The position numbers and the translations under genes were made by a program. A stretch of DNA of 64,000 nucleotides from the human T2T-CHM13v2.0 reference genome, Homo sapiens, in the NCBI RefSeq assembly GCF_009914755.1, contig NC_060932.1; one strand, given 5' to 3'. Positions 58,903 to 64,000 of the stretch are shown piece after piece. Position 1 is the first letter of the stretch. Every line of letters begins with the position of its first letter. The notes beneath the pieces were generated by a model. The model worked only from the letters and a program-made list of their open reading frames with translations. It was not told the origin of the DNA and made no database searches.

Positions 58903-59320
58903 TCATTCATGTAATCATCCAACATTTATTGAGTGCCTCCTTTGTGGACAAGCCCAGTGATGCTGAAGACGTAAAGAACAGGGTGTGCCCCCAAGGAGCT
59001 CCCACTGCCTGTTTGTGGTGGGCAGGGTGGAGACACTGACATTGATGACCCCTACGCAGTGTGTGTGGTGCTATGACGGAAGTGTGCATAGGATCCCACA
59101 GGATGGCCCAGCACTGACAGAAAGGAAGGGTAGGGAAGGCATCTGGAGTCGTTGAGCCCTGGGCTCTGCAGAAGGACTACCGGGAATTAAACAGGAGAGA
59201 AGGAGCGGTTCTAGGACAAGGGAACAGCATGTGCAAAGGCAAAGAAGGCAGCAGAGTTGGACACATTCGAAGAACTGCAAGAACTTGGATCTGCCTGGAG
59301 CATGGAGAGACAGGAAGAGA
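58903..59320 (-). mobile_element. L2 3' end
   Basis: cattcat...aacatttattgagtgcctcct; gggaacagcatgtgcaaaggc. Confidence 0.8.
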
Positions 59321-59706
59321 AAAGCCATAAAAGGGATGGTGAAGTGGGTGGGGCCAGGAGTTGTGATCTCCATTATACTGGTGGTGCATCTAAAGCAGAC
59401 ATCAAATTGGCAGCAGGTGAATTTCCCAGGCCTTCATGCTATTTACTCCAGAGAGTCAAGAAATGCCCAGGTGAGAGCTGCATTCAAGTCCCACCTTCTG
59501 CCTCCATCAGCCATGTCTCCCCAAGGGCAGAAGTTTTAAACAGGTGAAATCTTCAGAGTGAAAATCAAGGATATGATTAAAAGTTTAGGGATGGTGGAAA
59601 AGACAGCTATGGACTGAGTCTACGAGTGGGTTTTTCCTCTTCCCTTTAGCAGCACCTGCTGTAGCCTCCTCCTCCTACTCTTCCTCCTCCTTCTCCTTCT
59701 TCTTCT

Positions 59707-60052
59707 GTTTTGAGACAGGGTCTCAGTCTGTATCCCAGGCTGGAGTGCAGTGCCGCAATCATGACTTAGTGCAGCCTTGACCTCCTGGGCTCAAGCAATG
59801 CTCCTACCTCAGCCTCTGAGTAGCTGGGACTACAGGCACCCGCCACCACACCCACCTAATTTTTAATTTTTTTTTTGTAGAAAGGAGTCTCACTACGTTG
59901 CCCAGGCTGGTCAGCAACTTTCGGCCTCAAGCCATCCTCCTGGCTAATTTTTAAAATTTTTTTGTAGAGACAAGGTCTCGTCGTGTTGTCCAGGCTGGTC
60001 TCAAGCTCCTGAGCTCAAGTGATCCTCTCCTCTTGGCCTCCCAAAGTGCTGA
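59707..60052 (-). mobile_element. AluJ with an extra linker and left-arm segment
   Basis: Two successive ctaattttt...tgtaga...ccaggctggtc...ctcaag units; CT-rich tail at 59667-59705. Confidence 0.85.
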
Positions 60053-60362
60053 GTAATTTGCAGAGCCCAAGACAATCCCCGAGTCTACCCGGGGATGGCA
60101 CAGGGTCAGCAGGAGACAATAAGCTTATTAATCACAGAGTATCTGGCACATATTAAGTAGGTGCTTAATATGTATGTATCAAATGAATGAATGATGTGAG
60201 TGTATCAACAGAGAGTCTTTGTTTTTCCCCCGGGATTTCTCTGATTTGCCAGGACTCCAAGTCTGATTGGCTTGGGTAGGAGGAAGAAGAGTCCTTGGGG
60301 CCGCCCAGGTGCTTCAGGCAAGGTGTCTCCCTTCATCCTTATAAAACCCTTTACGCCCTTCC

Positions 60363-60536
60363 GGTGTGTGCAACCGAATGGATGGTGGAGGGAACCCTAA
60401 AGAGAGAAATGAAAAAGTACATAATATCTTGTATTTGGAATGGAAGTCCTCCTTTTGTAGAAGTATGTGTGTTATTGATAATGGCTAGGGGAGAAACAAG
60501 ATAAGATCAATTTCACTAAAGTACCTTCGTCCCTCC
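60363..60536 (+). repeat. Local duplication, copy B
   Basis: ggtgtgtgcaac.ga.tggatggtggagggaacccta ... gatcaatttcact shared with 57943-58120. Confidence 0.93.
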
Positions 60537-60657
60537 TCCCTCCCTTCTTTCCTCCCTCCTCCCTCCCTTTACAGTCAGTAGTTCAGATTTACAATCTCTT
60601 ACCCTAGAGCCGGGTGTGCTTCGGGATTCTGGATTTTCTCAGGTTTTAGGAAGGTAA

Positions 60658-62032
60658 TGAGAGGTGACAGCGTGCTGGCAGTCCTCACAGCCCTCGCTCG
60701 CTCTCGGCGCCTCCTCTGCCTGGGCTCCCACTTTGGCCGCACTTGAGGAGCCCTTCAGCCTGCCACTGCACTGTGGGAGGCCCTTTCTGGGCTGGCCAAG
60801 GCCGGAGCCGGCTCCCTCAGCTTGCGGGGAGGTGTGGAGGGAGAGGCGCGGGCGGGAACCCGGGCTGCGCGCGGTGCTTCCGGGCCAGCGCGAGTTCCGG
60901 GTGGGCATGGGCTTGGCGGGCCCCACCGGCCCCGGGCAGTGAGGGGCTTAGCACCTGGGCCAGCAGCTGCTGTGCTCAATTTCTCGCCGGGCCTTAGCTG
61001 CCTTCCCGCGGGGCAGGGCTCGGGACCTGCAGCCCGCCATGCCTGAGCCTCCCCCGCCTCTGTGGGCTCCTTTGCGGCCCTAGCCTCCCCGACGAGCGCC
61101 GCCCCCTGCTCCACGGCGCCCAGTCCCACCGACCACCCAAGGGCTGAGGAGTGCAGGCGCACGGCGTGGGACTGGCAGGCAGCTCCACCTGCAGCCCCGG
61201 TGCCCGATCCACTGGGTGAAGCCAGCTGGGCTCCTGAGTTTGGTGGGGACGTGGAGAACCTTTATGTCTAGCTAAGGGATTGTAAATACACCAATCTGCA
61301 CTCTGTATCTAGCTCAAGGTTTGTAAACACACCAATCAGCACCCTGTGTCTATCTAGCTCAGGGTTTGTGAATGCACCAATGGACACTCTATATCTAGCT
61401 ACTCTGGTGGGGACTTGGAGAACCTTTGTGTCCACACTGTATCTAGCTAATCTGGTGGGGAGGTGGAGAACCTCTGTGTCTAGCTCAGGGATTGTAAACG
61501 CACCAATCAGCACCCTGTCAAAACAGACCACTCTGCTCTCTGTAAAATGGACCAATCAGCAGGATGTGGGTGGGGCCAGATAAGAGAATAAAAGCAGGCT
61601 GCTGGAGCCAACAGTGGCACCCTGCTGGGGTCCCCTTCAACACTATGGAAGCTTTGTTCTTTTGCTCCTTGCAATAAATCTTGCTGCTGCTCACTCTTTG
61701 GGTCCACACTGCCTTTATGAGCTGTAAGACTCACCGTGAAGGTCTGCGGCTTCACTCCTGAAGCCAGCGAGACCACGAACCCACCGGGAGGAACGAACAG
61801 CTCCAGACGCGCCGCCTTAAGAGCTGTAACACTCACCACGAAGGTCTGCAGCTTCACTACTGATCCAGCGAGACCACAAACCCACCAGAAGGAAGAAACT
61901 CCGAACACATCCAAACATCAGAACAAACAAACTCCGGACACGCTGCCTTTAAGAACTGTAACACTCACCGCAAGGGTCCCCGACTTCATTCTTGAAGTCA
62001 GTGAGACCAAGAACCCACCAATTCCGCACACA
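60658..62032 (+). mobile_element. LTR12C solo LTR (ERV9)
   Basis: tgagaggtgacagcgtgctggc start, CpG-rich U3, tandem tctagct/CCAAT repeats, ends gaacccaccaattccgcacaca; TSD gtaa/gtga with one mismatch. Confidence 0.96.
61285..61625 (+). promoter_or_regulatory. ERV9/LTR12C enhancer-promoter core
   Basis: CCAAT at 61291, 61332, 61377, 61503 and 61552; AGATAA at 61578-61583; AATAAAA TATA-equivalent at 61587-61593. Confidence 0.7.
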
Positions 62033-62167
62033 GTGACACAACCCAATATACCTTTTATTATATCAAACCCCGAGTGGGCTAGGGGAGCACCTTGTAATCA
62101 AACATATAAACCCTTTCTGCAGCGAAATGTAAGAATATTCAAGCTAAGTAGGATAGTACGTAACTTC

Positions 62168-62183
62168 AGGTCAGTTGAGGTCA
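62168..62183 (+). promoter_or_regulatory. Perfect DR4 nuclear-receptor motif (AGGTCA-gttg-AGGTCA)
   Basis: Exact consensus half-sites, 4-bp spacer, outside any Alu. Function untested. Confidence 0.45.
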
Positions 62184-62274
62184 GGTTTTGCTGCCCCACA
62201 GTTACGAAATGCTTGTGGTTTCCAGAGTGGGGAAGTTTGGAAATGTGGATAAGGGATCGCGGACCTACAAAACC

Positions 62275-62408
62275 ATCACCTTTTGGATGAGGTAACTGAG
62301 ATTCAAAGAGGTGAAGTAATGTGCCCAAGGTCACTCTACTGGGCGGAGGAGTCCAGGTTAGGACACGGCGGTGTTGGGTTGCAAGATCCATGCGCTCTCT
62401 ACTGCATA
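62275..62408 (-). mobile_element. MIR
   Basis: gatgaggtaactgagattcaaagaggtgaagtaatgtgcccaaggtcac. Confidence 0.75.
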
Positions 62409-62744
62409 ATTCTGGCCTGCTTCCTGCTGTCCGGTACAAAAAGGAGTAAATGGCAGTCCCTCCGGTGCTCAGCGGCAATGGCAATCAGACCAAGTTTGCA
62501 AAGAAGAGTTTTCTTTCTGGAACAGCAATGCCTCCACCTACTGGACATATGTGAGAATATCACCTGACTCCCCCAGAAAACGGAGTTTATTGTCCTGGTA
62601 ATGGACTCTTAAAGGAGGGCAACGGAATTGTCTTTCTGCGACTCTGCAAATGACATTTCAGGAGCCAGGAAGTGGTTACTAAATTGCTGTTACATAACTA
62701 TCCTTCAAAATAATAACAACAACAAAACAACAATAATAACGTTG

Positions 62745-62982
62745 GAACCGTCAATGAGATTTGTTTGTTTGCTTGCTTGCTTTCTCTACTGGACTCAGCT
62801 CCTGCACCTTGAAATGTACCGGGAATAAAGTAAGAGGTTGGGACAGGCGAGGTGGCTCATGCCTGTAATCACAGCACTTTGGGAGGCCAAGGCTGGAGGC
62901 TTGCTTGAGCGCAGGAGTTCAAGACCAGCTAGGGCAATATAGGGAGACCCCCGTCTCTACAAAAATAATTTTTTAAAAAATT
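62745..62982 (+). repeat. Local duplication copy 1: unique flank plus Alu left arm (62841-62982)
   Basis: Homologous to 63212-63447, including non-Alu sequence ttgctttctctactgga...agctcctgcaccttg.aatgtacc.ggaataaag. Confidence 0.92.
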
Positions 62983-63211
62983 TCTTTTAAAAATTTTCTC
63001 TTTCATCCAATTGCCAGAAATTCTATTGTTAAATGCCAATTTTACCATTCTCAGCATCTCCGAACATCCATTCTCAAACATGGCACTCTCCAAACCTTTC
63101 AGGAGCTCCTTATTGGCCACAGACACCTGCTGCTCCAGCAGATTTGCCACGTCGTATACCTCTGCCCTAGATGGGCCGTTATCATACCGCTATATCCTAT
63201 TATAGTGCCCA

Positions 63212-63447
63212 GAACCGCCTATGAGATCTGTTTGGTTAGTTGCTTTCTCTACTGGAGTCTTAGCTCCTGCACCTTGCAATGTACCTGGAATAAAGCAAGA
63301 GTTTGGGTTGGCCACGGTGGCTCATGCCTGTAATCTCAGCACTTTGGGAGGTCAAGGCCGGCAGATCGCTTGAGCCCAGGAGTTCAAGACCAGTTTGGAC
63401 AACTTAGGGAGAACCCCGTTTCTACAAAAATAATTTTTTAAAAAATT
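63212..63447 (+). repeat. Local duplication copy 2
   Basis: Shares the flank and the linker tctacaaaaataattttttaaaaaatt with copy 1. Confidence 0.92.
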
Positions 63448-63640
63448 AGCTGGGCATAGTGGCATGCGCCTCTGGTCCCAGCTACTCTGAAGGCTGAGGC
63501 AGGAGGATTATTTGAGCCCAGGAGGCCAAGGCTGCCATAAGCCATGCTCACATCACTGCCTTTCAACTTGGGTGACAGGGCAAGATCCTGTCTCAAAAAA
63601 CAAAAAACAAAACAAAACAGAAAACCAGAAACCAAACAAC
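63306..63640 (+). mobile_element. Alu (AluJ), full dimer
   Basis: Both arms present; TSD aagagttt. Confidence 0.92.
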
Positions 63641-64000
63641 AAAGAGTTTAGTCTTTTTTGAGGAAGGAAAAATGAGAGTGAATTTATTTCATAAAATTAC
63701 AAAAATAAAAAATTTTTACATTAATTAAATGCAAATATAGTCATCATTGCCTTCTAAATTTCAGTGTGATTACACATTTAAAATCCTTTCTTGAATATGT
63801 ATTTTGGTAGAAGGCAGGATGAAGAGAACTCGGGGATACACACATTGCCAGAGAAGGGAGATCTTCAATAAATGTAATAACCACAATATACAGGATACTG
63901 TGTTCATATAAGAGATGGTTCTTTCCTTCAATCTCCCACATCATCTCTTCTTTTCTCAGACAGTGCCTTGAATTTCTCAAAAATACCTTATTCTTTCCTT

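Noticed and set aside
57926-60504. Paralogous peptides VCATEWMVEGTL...LLIMARGET in ORFs 57926-58219 and 60295-60504
   Set aside because: Explained by the DNA duplication. The start is L2-derived, and by hand count about 8 amino-acid changes versus about 5 silent ones look neutral.
60690-61220. CpG island suggesting a host gene promoter, with GC-rich ORFs
   Set aside because: It lies wholly within the LTR12C U3 region.
61255-61560. Regularly spaced repeats resembling a CRISPR-like array (also 61720-61975)
   Set aside because: These are the standard U3 and U5 tandem repeats of ERV9/LTR12 LTRs; no unique spacers or cas genes, and the DNA is primate.

Overview
This is primate genomic DNA, most likely human or ape, judging by the AluY/AluS/AluJ, LTR12C, MER11, THE1 and L1PA elements. 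The window is repeat-rich and appears intronic or intergenic. It holds about 36 Alu copies or fragments (roughly one sixth of the window). It also has several solo LTRs with clean target-site duplications (MER11, LTR26-like, THE1C, THE1D, LTR12C), older MaLR/ERV1 LTRs, L1 3' ends, a HAL1 remnant, L2/MIR relics, DNA-transposon fossils (MER2, MER5, MER20) and three long GA-rich microsatellites. I can support no protein-coding gene, RNA gene or CRISPR array. The long ORFs in the track come from microsatellites, Alus and LTRs. I did not find a convincing new biological system. The most interesting signals are: (i) several short, locally copied segments not explained by transposition (a 54-bp inverted copy inside a CA repeat, direct duplications of about 175 bp and 237 bp flanking LTR12C, an end-less inverted MER39 piece inside an L1, and a fold-back in an Alu tail); (ii) a 24-nt frame-preserving micro-exon candidate; (iii) candidate regulatory modules (an LTR12C promoter followed by a perfect DR4 in a CpG-retaining flank, a FOX:ETS composite site, and an ETS palindrome with a STAT site). 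Repeat family names come from my recollection of consensus sequences, not from a database search.
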